From: Kudoa neothunni
Taxonomy: Eukaryota > Animalia > Cnidaria
Direction: 5' to 3'
Assembly (NCBI GenBank): GCA_964304625.1
Contig: OZ199838.1
Span: forward strand, 5,716,178-5,780,177
Length of the DNA: 64,000 nt
Every line of letters begins with the position of its first letter. Position 1 is the first letter of the stretch. The translations under genes were made by a program, and so were the position numbers. The notes below the pieces were generated by a model. It was not told where the DNA came from. It made no database searches and saw nothing but the letters and a program-made list of their open reading frames with translations. Positions 27,902 through 42,811 of this stretch are shown in pieces.

Positions 27902-29417
27902 TTACATAGTAAGAGAAGAGTCACCAGGTGCTGACGACGTTTTGGCTTTCCTACAAGATAATTTCAAAACGCCTCATCAACCTCCCAATAACATTTACTT
28001 TTTCTTGTTGACATTATCTTCTTGTTCTTGTCTTCTCTTCATCTTCAATTCTCTGAAAAAAGTTACAATGAAAACGTAAACATGATAGCAGAATACCGTC
28101 GTTGTTGGATTCTTTGTTCATTTGCTAAAATCTCCTCGGGTGTTTTGGTCACTTGATTATAATAATAAAAATAATTTATCCTTAATTGATCAACTACCGT
28201 ATGAATGATACAAAACTTTTTTGTCTGAAATCCCCTCTTGGATTTTTACAGCTTTCAGCGTCATTGAAGGTCCAATCATATCCAACTTTATTTGAGCCGT
28301 ACTAGATCTCATCATGCCAGTGGAACGATATCTTTTAGTGTATTTGACGGAGGATGAATCAGATGTTGTAGTATCGATATCTTCTTCCGATTGACCAAAC
28401 TCACTAGAATAACAATCCAACCAGTCAAAAAAATATGTGTATAAATCTCAACTCACGTTGAAATAAAATCACTTATATCTTTCAACGATTCAAGATCAGG
28501 AAGTTTATTGTGTAAAAAGTAGCGCAAGTTATGAGATATCCCCACATTAGATATATGTACATAACTGTGGTGACAAAATTTAATTACAAAAATATATTCA
28601 ATGGTAAAGAATCGTTTACTAATGTCGAAAATAGATAATATCCTTCTCTTTGTCATAATGAAGCAGTACAATCCTATTGACTTTTTCCAATTTTGACTAC
28701 TCCAATAGATTGCATTCAACAAAAGAACAATTTAATAAATTTCAATTACCTTGGTTATATTCAGACTAGGGAACAAATTCTGAAACATACTTCCAATCAA
28801 CTTATAATGCGGCTGGTCGCTTGGAAAATTATTCATAATTAGCTATATATTTTATTGATTTAAAAACAATTGTACACCGCATAAGTGTAATCAATCACAT
28901 ACCACAGCTGGGTTCTTATAAGGATTGCCGTTGGTTAGTCGTTTGTCTGAGAACAAATGGCTACTTTGCAACGAAAACTAGCTCAAAATATTCAAGTGCG
29001 CTCCTACAATATTGAGTGTACTTGTCTAATTTCAAAATCAAACGTTGGGCCACTTGGCACCACTATAAATCGCTATATTCAAAAATAATCAGTTCCATAA
29101 ACTCAAACCACACAATGCTTACTAGATGGGCATATTTTGTTGGCCGCGATATTGTTATCAAATGCGTGACACCAAAAGGTGATGCCATCCGTATAAAATC
29201 TTTTAGTGAATTTTTTTTGGTTGCCTTAACAATACATCATTCCGAATTTGAGAATATAATCACAAACTCGTAAGTTGGTGGCAGTATAGGGACTCATTAC
29301 ATTTCGTAGATTTTTTATCAACATTTTTGTATTTTTTCCCAGCGAACCTCGGTTAAAGATAAAAGATTTTGGTTGTCTTTCTTCGCCCTCTCCATTCATC
29401 TCAAAATCATCTGGCAT
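27902..29417 (-). CDS. PPAN: Peter pan / Ssf1 Brix-domain ribosome biogenesis protein; multi-exon
   Basis: PKSFIFNRG, LIKNLRNVMSPYTATNLR, FGVTHL, PSGPTFDF, GSMFQNLFPSLN, IKLDMIGPSMTLKAVKIQEGI..KVLYHSY and QEQEDNVNKK are recognisable. Confidence 0.9.
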
Positions 29418-30385
29418 CTCCCCAATCTAAGCGATAATTTAATGGCATGCGCGGCGCACGGCATAAGACTCACCGTAATTTCGCTTTTCCGCAGCTTGAA
29501 TAATTTATTAATTGAGCCATATTTATAATTTAATTATTTTTAATTCTTACCAATTACTATATTGAACGGGATATATGCAGCATTATAAGTGAGTTATTTC
29601 GCGTCTAAATTCAAATATAAAGCGTTTATCGCTTAATCATTTTGAATACTTTAAGGAGTTTGTATTACATTTTTTACGTGAAGATTGGTTTAATTAACTT
29701 CATTTATGCGTTTCAATTAAGTTTATTAGAAGAAAGCTATAAAACTGCCTTATATGATTTGAATATTCTCTGAGGTGTGTAATTTCTACAATCGTTTCGG
29801 GTCTTTATTCTGAGAATTAATGTAGTAATAGTTCTGTAATTGATATATAAAATGAGATCATAAAATAGATATGAAGAGGTTGATAAATTAATTGAGGTTT
29901 CTTTTCAATTGACAATTATAGTGATACAAATTTTAAAATTTCATGCGGTTTAGCCATTATTATGCATATTATTTGTCATTATATATTAATAAGAATCACT
30001 AGGCATTAAATATTACGGTAAATATAAAAATTGAAAGAAACATTAAATAAATGTAGAAAGAACTAATAATAAAATTATATTATTTTTAGGTTAGAATAAA
30101 TGAGTTTATAAATTAAATAATTAACTTTTAGATATTTAACAAGTCAAGCTCGCTCCATATGTGAAAATTTTAATAGCCCCATTGTACATGAGGTTTAATT
30201 CAGCATAATGGTAAACTTCGGAGTTGAGATCTCTCTAATATTTATTTCCATTATATTTTTCGGTCGACCTATTTAATTATTTTGGTTTGAATATAATTCC
30301 AGTGTAACCTCAGACTTTGGCCATAATCCGTTCTAGAAATGTGTCCGAACTCAAAATAATTTTTCCCCATGCAACATAATGAAAA

Positions 30386-33300
30386 GGAAGTGGCTATTCT
30401 TACGACAACGAATATCTTTTTTCTTACTACAGATATTTTAAATATGAATTTAAAAACATTTTATTACATTTTTTTCCTACAAAAATTTAAGTTTTTATAA
30501 ATTATTATTGCGATAAAACTAATACATATATTTTTGCCTTATTTCGCCATTACAAGTACTAAAAATGATTAAAATCAGATCTTCATTAACATTTACGACA
30601 TTTTAAAGAATTTTTGAATCGAAAAATCACGAAAATTGTGCTAATATAACATCATTTACAATGGAGACCATTAGCCCACGTATCAACGTTACGGTCTGGT
30701 ACGGATTAATTGTTTGAAATAGTATCATTTTATAAGATATTTACAGAAAAATACAACTAATATTAATCAAATTTAGAATTTTTTAAGCCAAATAGACTGA
30801 ACTCAAAAAATCATACGTCATCACTTCATAATTCAAGTTACTTAACATTAAAATATAAATCGAAATACATAATTAGCAATCAATATTTGGGAAATGTCAT
30901 AATTAATTAACTTTTGTTATCAACTATCAATTGAAATTTTATTTTTGTTTTTTCTTCGGAAGTCCAATAGTAGTTAATCTGCTACCCCTGGGCCTTCCGA
31001 CAGACTTGACTTTGGATGGAATGGGTACATCTAAAAATGTTTTATAATTACTAAAAAATTAGTTACTTTTATATGTATCATTAGTTTTTTCCTGATTCAT
31101 ACTTTTACTAGCAAAGCTTTCAGCTAAATACATTACCATCACTAAGTACTATGGTTAGTTTACCGTATTTTTCTTCCGTATATTCATCATCTAAGTTTAA
31201 ATTATATTAATAAAATATTTTCATTTACGAAATACTTGTGTAAGACAATTCACTTTCAGGATTGGAGGATATGATTTCAATGAAAGCGTTATCTTCTCTC
31301 AAATTTATTTTCACTAATATACTTTACACATTTGCAACAAATAGTAAATAACTTAGTTCATTTATAGTAGACATCATTTTCGTATCATGATTTTTAATCA
31401 TACATTCAAGTCTTCTAAAAACTTCAATAGAAGTTTGAAAATAATCTCCGCAAAACTCTGCAGATGTAGTCGCCAACTTTTTTGTAAGCACTGAAGACAG
31501 TCTTAATCTTTGAGAAAAGGTTTGGATAGTGTCTTTAGGTTTGATTTTTACAACTCCCTCATCATGAAAATCTTTACAATTGTTAACATTTAGAACATTT
31601 AAGAAATTATTCGCATGCTCCCTAGCCCAACGAGAATGGCACAATGATTCATCAAACAAGTTGATTAAATTGAGTGCACGTTTTTGTAGAATATGACGAC
31701 AAGGAAGCTTGAATGCTTTATGCATTGAACAATTACGGGAATTGTAACTGGAATTTTCTTCTAAAGTGGCGTCCTTTATTTTTGATAATTCTTCCTGGAT
31801 TATACTTGAAGAATAGGGCGTGAGATAATTATGATATTTTATGAAAGTTTCATTATCGTTGGAAGAGTCGTATGGTTTTATTAGTTCCATAGCAATGTTG
31901 CTTTGCCGCTCAATCCTTTGCGATTTCAAAAATCGGAAGAAATTGTCGAAAAAATCACTCAAAGTTGAAAACTTTTTCACTACAGTTTTTAGTTTTGCAT
32001 TAATGGATTCAATTCTGTTATCCGTTGTATTATTATAGTAATGCTCAGCCATACTTAATCCAATTATCCATTCCTGGTAAATGGATAGCCAATTCTTTTT
32101 GAAATAATCATTAAGTTCCTCAACTCCGAGGTCAAAAAGTTCACAACATAAGCTAAGCGGTCAAAATTTTCCTTGTTCTTGACATAAGTCATTTTTTCTA
32201 ATATTTGAAGAATAAGTGTTTTTGTTTCGGTTGTTATACCATACTTTCCGACTTTTATTTCCCGCCGTAACGCTTGTAATACATGGAATTTACATAGTAT
32301 CAACTTTGTAGAAGGAAATACGAAACTTAAACATTTTCGTAACAAATGGTCTTTGTCAGTTATTATTGACATCGTTTTGGATTGTAACCACGGTGCAGCA
32401 TCTAACAATTCGTTCAGAAACCATGTTATGGCTTCTGCTGTCTCCTCATATAAAATACAGGCACTAATGATATGGGTTAAACCGAAAGAGTCTTGAGATG
32501 CAGTTAAATAAAGAGGAGCTCTACAAATACAATCGCCATTTGTTATAAAATAGGGTTTCGTACCTTGAATCCAACAGCTTTAAGTGGCATCTATGAATAA
32601 TAGCTCAGGAAAACATTCAAGAACATGGAGCATTTCGTTATCCACGAAGAAAATTCCATTGACAGAATTTTCATTAGCAAGAATTTTAACTCAGAAATTA
32701 TAATCATTTTTCAATATTGTAATAACGGAATCAATATTTTTCGGTTCGACGGTAGAAACAGTCTTTACATTATGGATAGATTTTCATGTAATTTTCTCTC
32801 CGGTTTCTTCGCTTAACTTACATTGAATTAACCTTTTATTTGCTCTTAATGATATTAACTCCGATATCATTGGATCATCCAGGTTAATTCTTCTTTGTGG
32901 AGGAGGGTTTTCGAACATTCTTTGATCGCAGGAATGGTTATGGACTAAATTTAGTGATTTCACCTCCAAAAAGTTACCGTCCACAGTGCTCCGGAGCGAG
33001 ATAATAAATGGGCATTCCTTCTTAAATGATAATTTGTTTCTATCTCCACTGCTTTTGCGTTTGTAAGGAACACCAAAGAAACACACGTAATTAATGTCAT
33101 AATAAACCAACTGAGAATTTATGGATCTGTTTAATCTTCGTTGTGCATTTGAAATTTTTCTCGAATGTCTAATTTTTAAATTGCAAAAATGTTTTTCTTC
33201 GTATTCTTTCACTTTAATTTGTAACTTTTCGTACGAATCAAATTTCATTCCAATAAAGAAGTCAGCAGACTGTTCACAATCCATGATTTCCATAATACTG

Positions 33301-34023
33301 CGCAACATAACGTTTTTACTTTAAAATGATTGGGGATATTAACAGACTCGGAAACAAATTGTTAATATATGTAATGAATTACTAGTAAATATTATATTTT
33401 TTAAGATAATTAATATTAGCAGGTTTTATCTTTTTGTTAAAATTATGCCGTATAATTATGTGGTGGAGGAAATAATCATTTTATCTAATTTTTAAGACAA
33501 TAATATTATTAAAATTTATTTAATGTAATTATTATGAAATACAATTAACCTCAATATCTTTCCAGATACTTAACCTGAAAAATATATATCATTTTGAACG
33601 AAATAATAGGTAGTTACTATGTCGCTATACTCACCAAGATAAATGAAGTATGTTATAAACAAATAGAACAAATTAGATTATTAATTTTAAAAATAAGCTT
33701 TTAAAATTGCATTTTGGATCTAAATGTAATTAAAATGTGATGTAGTTCGTGACGCAATAATCGAATGAAGTTACATTAGCACAATTTTCATGATTTTTCG
33801 ATTCAAAAATGCTTTAAAATGTTGTAAATGTTAATGAAGATCTGATATTAATCATTTTTAGTACTTATAATGGCGAAATATATGTATTAGTTTTATCGAA
33901 ATAATAATTTATAAAAACCTAAGTTTTTGTAGGAAAAAAATGTAATAAAATGTTTTTAAATTCATATTTAAAATATATGTAGTAAGAAAAGAGATATTCG
34001 CTGTCGTAAGAATAGCCAGTGCC
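30386..34023 (-). mobile_element. MULE/Mutator transposon (FAR1/ZSWIM3-like transposase), full-length but disrupted
   Basis: Perfect 9-bp TSD TAATGAAAA (30377-30385, 34024-34032) and ~260-bp TIRs. Transposase 33308-31324 has CPF..HNH, LFIDAT*K, IITDKD, LCKFH, TDNRIESIN and SWIM-like LPCRH, with stops and frameshifts. Confidence 0.93.
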
Positions 34024-34439
34024 TAATGAAAATTAGTTTAATCCGCTACCGCACATCAAATTAATGACAATTTTTATTATTATTTATGGAACAACATACA
34101 TACCTCGTGTTTATAAAATATAACAAATAAATATTAAATATAATAATAATAATAAAATATAGAATAGATATTTTTTGGTTGTAATACGATAGACTATAAC
34201 GGTTTCCCCTTCGATGACATTCGCACAAATTGATTGAGCAACTCTTATTCCAGAATTACTTTTCTCCTCTGTTCTTCTCCAACAGGATTTGTTCTGAATA
34301 CCCTTTCTATAGCGTTCGAACTCCGAAGTTGCATTGTACTTTTAACCCTCAGAAGACAGTGCTCAAAAAACTAACGCGGGTGACGAAGGGGTGCATTATA
34401 CACTCCATAAGTCATGTTGATTTTTTCTTCTCCATTGTA

Positions 34440-35379
34440 ATTAACCAAGATATTCATTAATGCCATCCATACGAACTGTTCTATCCTCATTAACTGATGA
34501 TGTTCTATTTCTTTGAGATATTTGGTATTTTGTGGCACCCCAAGTGCCCTCGATAATGTTGCTGTGAGTTCATGAAACACTATCCACATATTCTATACTG
34601 ATTAACAGTGAGGTGAGTGTAAAAACTATGAAGTGTGGCGTAACTTTTGAAACAGTCAGTGATGACAATGAATCCTGGTTTAACATAGGTTTTTCTTTTT
34701 TTATTGGAGTTTCAGCAGTTCTGTCAGGGACCTCCAAGAACCCATGCTCCAGTAATACCATGACCTTTGTTATGCTTTATTTTACTAAACTTTGCCTCTT
34801 CAGTTTCTACGGTTGTGTTTTCTCCTCTAATTATGATGTTCTCGAATCTTAAACTGTCAACCATCATTTGTCTAAGGTAGTGCGAATAGTTTGTGATAGT
34901 TTGAGAAGAGTGACCAGTTATAATGGTCTAGTTAAGAATCTTACACCCACTAACCAATAATAAGCCATCTCCGCGAAATCATTAACTTTAAGTTTCATAT
35001 TTTTGAAGATCTTAAAGTCAAAAATGGAGACTTCTTTCCTGCAAGACTTTGCACAGCAGCGCCAATGTTTTCTGTGAGTCGAAAATCTGATTCCATCACA
35101 CTTAATGCAACTGGTAGGATCATCTTGAACGCCACGTTCAATAAGATAATTAATGGAATTTTTTTCCTTCACTGAAAATTTTATCCAGTGTGTTTCTTGG
35201 TGCAATCATTGTTGTGTTGTTGTTTGTAAATAGAGACTTAATCCTTATATATCATGTTTGTGATTAGGTAATCCTCATAGTGCGGTATTAGTATTACCCA
35301 CAGTAGACAAACGATTAGTTTCGCCGCTAAGCTCGATAATGTTATAGGATTAATTGGGGTCGAATATCAAATGTGATCC
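34440..35379 (-). mobile_element. Merlin transposon remnant (same subfamily as 57.9-59.0 kb)
   Basis: WRCCAKSCRKEVSIF, VPDRTAET and IIEGTWGATKY fragments. Right terminus ATCAAATGTGATCC is shared with the terminus at 58992. Confidence 0.8.
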
Positions 35380-35386
35380 AAAGGTA

Positions 35387-37828
35387 CAGTCAACAACGGT
35401 GATTGCGTACATTTGGAGGAATGACAAAAAGGTGCGCAATATCCATCTAATCGCGCTCGCATGAAATATAAAACTCAATTATTTTCTTTAAAACAAACTA
35501 ATTAACATCTATTTTTTGGAAAATTTTCTATAAAAGTACATTTCTAGGTATATTTTACAATTTTAGATATCCTATCCACCACTGGGTAGGAATCATTCAA
35601 TCCATTTGGGTTTTAAAATGTTCAGCGTATTTCTGAGATAGCATTCTTCAGTTTCTCCACGTTTAATACATACGTGAGTTGATTATTTTCATTGTGATTT
35701 GCATCATATTGAGAATTTTTATTCCAAATAAATGGGTTGTTCTTATAAGAATACAAACCAGATTCTATAATTTCACATGTTTTCCATGATTTAACTGATT
35801 AATGATGATACAACCACCTTGTTAGATTTATTAAAACTTTAAAAGTTGAGAATTAAAGGCAAACTTGATCTTCTTTGTGTATCTAAAAAGGTGTTCCTTC
35901 CAAATTAATTGTCGACAAATTCTTCTTTTAAATCTAATTTTGGGAATTAAATTATAAACAGATTTGGATTTACCAAAGTTTGGTTGGGTAAGAAAAAGCA
36001 AAAGATATACGTAAGAACCATGACATAGAGGTGTGCGCGTGTTTCGAATGAAGTTGTTATTTTACGTTTAATTTAATTTTGAAATTTATGATTTCATTTT
36101 ATATCATCGGTTATATTTATATTCATTAAAAATTTTTTTTACAATAATGCAATTAGATATTAGTACCGTTGAAAAACATAATAAAATATTTTTACAAAAA
36201 ACGTGTTTAAAATGTTAATTTTTAATTGTGAAACAAAAAAACATGATAATTAAATCAAAAAATGCAATTTGTTCCAATATATTATTCGCTTTTTAATACT
36301 TATCATTCATAATTATAGGCCTGTTTTCCATATATAAACAATTTTTTAATTATATTACTAAAATTTTTACAATTAATCATAATTTTCAATAATAAATAAT
36401 GATGTTTTAGTTTATAAATTTTTTTAGTGGTTTTCAATAGTTAAATTTAAAAGATATCTATCATCGAATTTTTTAAGCAGGGTTTCCCACATTATAATGG
36501 TATTAATCAATATATTATTTATAATGAAAAATATAATAACTATAATAAATTTAATCAACAAAGATTAAACATTTTCTTAATTACTTATTTTCATCATAAT
36601 GACCAACAAACATATTAACAGTTTTACGTCTCATTGTAGTTTTTTCCTTGATTGTTTACAATTTAATGCATCGATTTAAATCTTATTTTCCTAATGAAAT
36701 ATTATATAGAAATTACATAAAAATAAAATTTTATGGATTACAGGAAATATTAAATAAAAATTCTGCTCCATACTGTCGTTAGATTGCGCACACATAAACA
36801 CAACTTAGTAATGTTTCGAAATTAATGTAAAGTATGATTATTTGAAAAAAATGTTGTACGCGTGACTTATTTTTGTATTACATCATTTTTATATTTTATG
36901 TAAGGTTTAACGAATTTGTTAATCTTTTCGCACCGTTATATACATATCTTGCAAATTTTAGAGGATAGACACTTTAGTTTATTATTAATCAATAAAAATT
37001 GATTTTAATTGATTAAATCGAAAGAAAAGAAAAGAAAAATTCATTATATTGTTATTACTGATTGTTGTTAGTCAGATTCTTCCAAGATTCTATCGGATCA
37101 CGTATATTTTATTTATCCTCAATTTGATCATTGGTATTAGGCTCTCAGAAATATATACAATCAAAGAAGTCAATTTATATTTAGCAAGTAAGCTCACAAT
37201 TTTCTATAAAAAATATTTAAATGTCACCCACATTGTTAACATTATTCATTTGTCGTGGTTACATTAATAACATTAAATATGATACAAATATTTTTTAATT
37301 TAATCAACAATTAAAATTATGCTCTAATGAAGAAATTTATTCTGTATTTATATTATTAACTATTTTTATGCAATAAAATGAAATTAATTTAACTCTAAAA
37401 CAATCTAATAGTGAAAGGGCACATTCATATGTAATCATTATAGTTTTTTGATCTACGTACAATGACCAACAATTATAATTTAAAATCGATAAGTCTATTC
37501 AGATTCAAATAACAACATTTAATCCTGTAAGGAAGCCAAAGTATTAATAAATTTGTGCACGTGTATAAAATTTATAATTATAAAAATATTTCTGTTTTTC
37601 TGTATTGACTATTAGTTCAATTTTTGTTATTTAATAAATTTGCCCCGAATAATTTTTATTGATATAGAAATAGAAAAACGTTGACATCAACGTTTAATTT
37701 CGATCAACTCCTTTAACATTAAAATCACCAAATAATGATTATACACTTTGATTTGGATATATTGTTAAATTTAATTATGACTAAAATTAATGCGCAATAT
37801 CCACCTACGCAATAACCGTTGTTGACTG
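35387..37828. mobile_element. Tc1/mariner/pogo-type non-autonomous element
   Basis: 23-bp TIR CAGTCAACAACGGT(G/T)ATTGCGTA with 1 mismatch, flanked by TA on both sides. The AT-rich interior has no long ORF. Confidence 0.8.
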
Positions 37829-37830
37829 TA

Positions 37831-38725
37831 AATCACAAGCAAGAGCTTCCAGAGATTTGAATGTTCGGCGCTCGATCGTAAGTGACATAATAAAAACTTA
37901 CGATGTCGAGTAAAGAACATTTAAGGCCTCAAAGGGAGGTTCTGTCAATGTAACACTGGCTAAAAATCTTAAGCAACGTCTTCGTGATCTCAGAAGACGA
38001 TTGCACGATAACCCTAAAATCTATGCTCGAAAAGCTAGATTTGCCGATTCATAGAACCACAGTTTGGAGATGGCTCAAATCACTCAAAATATCTTTCAAA
38101 ATGACCCGCCCTATTCCGAAAGGTAGGAACTGTACGGAGATAAAATCGGAGCGTAGCTGATATGCGAATTGGTATCAAGGGCGTCCTCTCGATATACGTT
38201 ACAAACATTTAATTTTTGTCGACGAGAGTCCCTTTTCGCTCCACATGCTACGCTCCCATGGGCGTTCACGAGTGGGAACTACACCGAACCTAGTGGTGCA
38301 AAACATTAGGGGCAGAAATGTCGCTGTGATCCTCGCTATCAGTGCCATTAGCGTGGTTAATTGCGACACTGTGCTTGGTAGTGTAAACCATGTTGTTTTC
38401 CAAGAATTCTTGACAAACGCAATCACATAATAGTAATGGACAACGTGAGGTTTCATCATACAAACTAAGAGTTATATGATCGATATCCCTACGAAATCCA
38501 CTATTTACCGAGGTATTCGCCATTTTAAACCCCTACGAAGAGATTTTTCCCTAAATTAAAAGTAATGTTCGCCGAAGCGGACCATTGCAAGGGACTAATT
38601 ATCTGTTGGAGAGAATGGAGAATGCCTCCCATTCTGTCACAGAAACACACCTAAAAAATTATTTCCGGCACGCCGAAACATTTTTAGGCCACTGTCATAC
38701 GTTCTAGGATATTGGGAGTGAGTAA
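37831..38725 (+). pseudogene. Tc1/IS630-family transposase pseudogene
   Basis: HTH-like SQARASRDLNV, then HRTTVWRWLK, IFVDESPF, VMDNVRFH and YLPRYSPF..EEIF on the + strand, with stops and frameshifts. Confidence 0.85.
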
Positions 38726-40089
38726 TATTAGAACAATTAATATTAATTCCAGAAATTTTATTTGTTCATTGTTAGAATTTTTGCGCATAATGCTTAATTT
38801 GCTAACTTTTGTAATTTTTATAAGTAAAAATTTTTTTTCACTAAATCATGAGTTAGAATAACGAATGAACGTTAAATTAATAGAAAAATTACTCAAAATA
38901 CACAATTTATTGAATCCGAATTCGGGTGCAACATTGTCCGGAATCGAGTGCAAAACCCGATAACGTATTTTAACCAAAAAATGATAGCAGAAAATAGTTC
39001 GGATGATCGATGATCTTATTGGGATTTTAATGAGAAAAAAATATGCAGACAGTAACCTAGAATTTGAGAGTGGCTGGTCTGGTGAATTCTCTCATGATGA
39101 CTCTGCCGAATATCCAGAAATTTCAAATGATTTAAAGTCATTTATAATGGGATATTAGAGGAGATATCAACTAATAAACCGGGTCTTCAGTGGATATATA
39201 TCCAAAAATAAAGAAAAAGAACGAGATAACACAATAATGTTAGCAATAAGGTTAGTTTTATAGGGAATTCTGAAGATATTACGCCGATTATATCTTCATT
39301 CGGCTAAACCAGTGGTGGGCACGATAAAAAAAGTAAGTATATAAATTAATTTTAAAATTCTTCTAATTAGTAAAGCTTAATAAGGAATTAAATAAATTTT
39401 TTAAATATAGAAATTTTGTGATTGGCATATTATTGTAACGATTGAAATACAGTAGGTGCCCACGAGTCGTCGCCTACTGTAATATGCTTTATACTTAATA
39501 AATTAAAATTTTGACTGAAGTTATGAAAATTTAATAACACTTGTAAAGTAAACATGAAATATTTAAACAATGACTCTGATAGAATTATTTCACATTCATT
39601 TTAAACATAACATTCAATATAACCTATTATATTATAAAAGAGGACTAAGTTATAGATATGAATATAATAAAATTAGAAAAAATTACATTTATGATATTTC
39701 AAATTACACAAAAATTGTTGTGATCTAAATATCACCAATGCATGGAAGTAATTTTCTTAAAATTTATTACGAAATATTTCAATTCCAAAGTATGATATCA
39801 ATAACTCGAAATTACAAAAATCGTAATTATTGGTAATTATCAATGTAATATTCACACTTTTTAAGGTTCTGTTAATGGTTTTTCAGAATAAAAATTCCAC
39901 CCAACGAAGTTATCATAAATTATTATTTGTTGCCCTGAATTATTTCTTTCAATTTTACTTAGTTATTTCAATAAATAAAAGAAATATGTATCATAAGGTT
40001 TTAACTCTTAATTAATTGGTTTTGCTTATTATAACTTTCAAAGTATTTTAAGGCCGTTTATTCTCTATTGTTATCGTTGATTTTCTCAC

Positions 40090-40280
40090 CGAATTCCCTA
40101 GGTTTCATTTGGTGCTGCCGCATCAAGTTATATTCCTGTAATACAGGAACTGATTCGAGACGAGGCCAACAGACCACTTTATCCACTGAATGTGTGAAGA
40201 AATATTTCTGAGTCCAATCATCATTAAAACTACGGTTTTCATCAATAAGTGTACGTTTTCAGGGGGGGGATCATTCATGT
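40090..40280 (-). pseudogene. hAT (Charlie/GTF2IRD2-like) transposase N-terminal remnant
   Basis: The minus strand reads KRTLIDENRSFNDDWTQKYFF..VLQEYNLMRQH. Confidence 0.65.
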
Positions 40281-41084
40281 TTAATTGTACGAACATGTGA
40301 TGATAACAAACGATGATTAATACGGGAAGCTTGAGCGCATTGTCACACGAGAAAATTAAGAAGATAAATAAAAAACCATTTTTACGTTAAGTTGATAAAT
40401 TTTGGTACATCTCTACTACAAAAATTTCCGGTTAAAAATCTAAGGATATCTAAAAAATTATGAAAATTACATCAACTTTATGCCTTTTAAAATATGGCGA
40501 TATATAATTTGTTGTTAATGCATCCTTCGTAATGAAAGATATGATAATCGTTCCTATTACGTTAAGCTTCTAATTTAGATATGAGTATCGCATGCTCATG
40601 TTTTCTAACATTTAGTTAATTTTAGATTCTTTTGTCGTAAATTGAATCTCAAGTACTAGTTTTTTCCAAAGTTGACAACCTATTATTTTGTTTTAAGCGC
40701 GCATTAGACCTTACTTGGATCACTGTTACATACAATAATCATACGCAGGGTGCAAGCGTAGATAAAATATCAAATAGGATAACTGAAGCGAGTAAAAGTA
40801 ACGGTCATAAATCTAAAATATTTTGTTTCTAGTTATAAAGTATATAAGATATCTATCGACAGAGTTTCGAGTAAACTGAAGTTTACTAACCCATTAATCT
40901 TAGGTAATCTGTTAATGTACGGATTCAGACAACTTTGTTAAACATCGTTAATTGCATACTGAGGAAATGATGGATACATCGTGAAATGCGATTCATCTAT
41001 AAAAACTAATTTAATGATGTCAATTATCATTAACTTTACAGAAATTAAAATAGATATACAAAGTAGTTTTATGACTTTGCGCGC

Positions 41085-42110
41085 TTAAAAAAAATAACGC
41101 ATTCGAACGTTCAATCGTAACATAAGACAACCTACGTAATATATTATATCACTCGGTTTAATTTCTTTCAATTTGAAACATTGAATGCAACATCTAGCTG
41201 AATGATCACTGCAAAAATATCGGTTATACAATCCACAAATCACAACAGTTTTCCTGTCACTTTTTCTATGGCAGATTTGACACCTATAAGGTTTCATTAT
41301 TCATTTGGATGATAGTGGAGATGAGTTTGATGAAGGTCTTTCAATAGTTTTTTTATTCTTATTTTTTAGCAATAATGGATTATATAAGTTTTTGGAAATT
41401 TCCTTAAGAAATTCACATCTAACGACGTTTGAGTTAAATATATCTTTACATGTGCAAATTGCATTTATAAAAGAAATATCTAATACATTAAAAAAACTAT
41501 CATGGGCCAACGTTTGTTAAATCTTCTTGTCGAGACTGAAGCCAGCATCCGATCGATAATGTCGACGCCTCCATTGGATCTATTATAATGGACAATAACC
41601 TCCAGTTTTCGCTTCTCTCCGTTGATGATATTATCGTTCATTGAACCGGATGATAGAAGATTGACAGGTTTATTTTTTTTGTTCATATATGATACTATCA
41701 TATTTTTGCCACAATACAGAAAGGTAGTGCTATAGAATTGCCTTTGTTTTGAGGGAAAGACACAAGGAGATAACTCTCTTATATTTTGGCGGATTGTACC
41801 CAATAGAGTAAGTTTTCTTCCAAGTAATTTATTAGAGAGATTTATCGAAGTGAAAAAATTGTCTGTTACTATATTTCGTCCAGAATAAGATAGGGGTTCA
41901 GTAAGGTGTAAAACAATATTTTCTGCACGTGATCTTGATATGGATGATTTTGTAAGACTCCAAATTAATCCATCTTTTCCAACCAATGAAGTGTCATATA
42001 CGCCAAGATTGTCGTCATCAGTTTCTTGAGAGACATCCTCAATCATAACATCCTCGTATTCACTACCAGAAGAATCATCGTTATGTAATAAAAATTCAAT
42101 TCAGAATCCA
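41085..42110 (-). pseudogene. piggyBac transposase remnant, internally deleted
   Basis: GRNIVTDNFFTS, LGTIRQN, YNRSNGGVDIID, RWPM and a C-terminal Cys-rich domain RCQIC..C..CSDH. The central region between RAENI and VLHL is missing. Confidence 0.88.
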
Positions 42111-42811
42111 TAGATATTTTCCTGATATTAAATTATTATTGAATGCAAAAAAGATTTAATATTATCTGGTGCAATCGATTGCCTTAATTGAACATGAACA
42201 ATGTTCGGTTAGGTTACCTAAGATTTGTTCAAATATTAGTTTTGATTTTCCTTAGTATTCTGTCGATAAATTTTTTTAATATCTCACATAACAAATTTAA
42301 CGAAATTTACGTACAAAATTGTAAAATTAAAATGTTGGGTCGATTCGATCCCAAATGATCGTTAGAAGGTATCCTTCGAATTTTGGCTAAATAAAAAATC
42401 TAAATTATCCAATTTTCCTCATTTACATAGAAGAACGTATTTATGAAAAATAACTCAAATTAAAAAACAATAGAGTTAGGGGATAAAAAGTTATAGGTTA
42501 TTCAATTTCATATTGGGGTCGATTCTTGATATCTTCGAGATAATGTGATCATCAAAGAGATTTTAAAATCGCCTTTTGGTAGATTTTGGGAATATCCCCT
42601 TACTTCGAATTCAGCTGAGTCGATACAATGCTCGGCATCATCAGCAATGGAATCAAATAAGGCAACAGAACAGTCATGGCCGTCATCTTCTGTATTTAAA
42701 CTGGTTCTCGCACCAAGGTTGAACAAATCATCACGGTCACTGATGATGGATAGATTCGCTGAGGTCTCATTGGTATCGCCATTAGTTTTGATAAAAGTAG
42801 AAAGGACAATA

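Noticed and set aside
27660-28079. 139-aa + strand ORF between the Mos-like gene and PPAN
   Set aside because: It overlaps PPAN 3' exons in antisense and has no recognisable domain.
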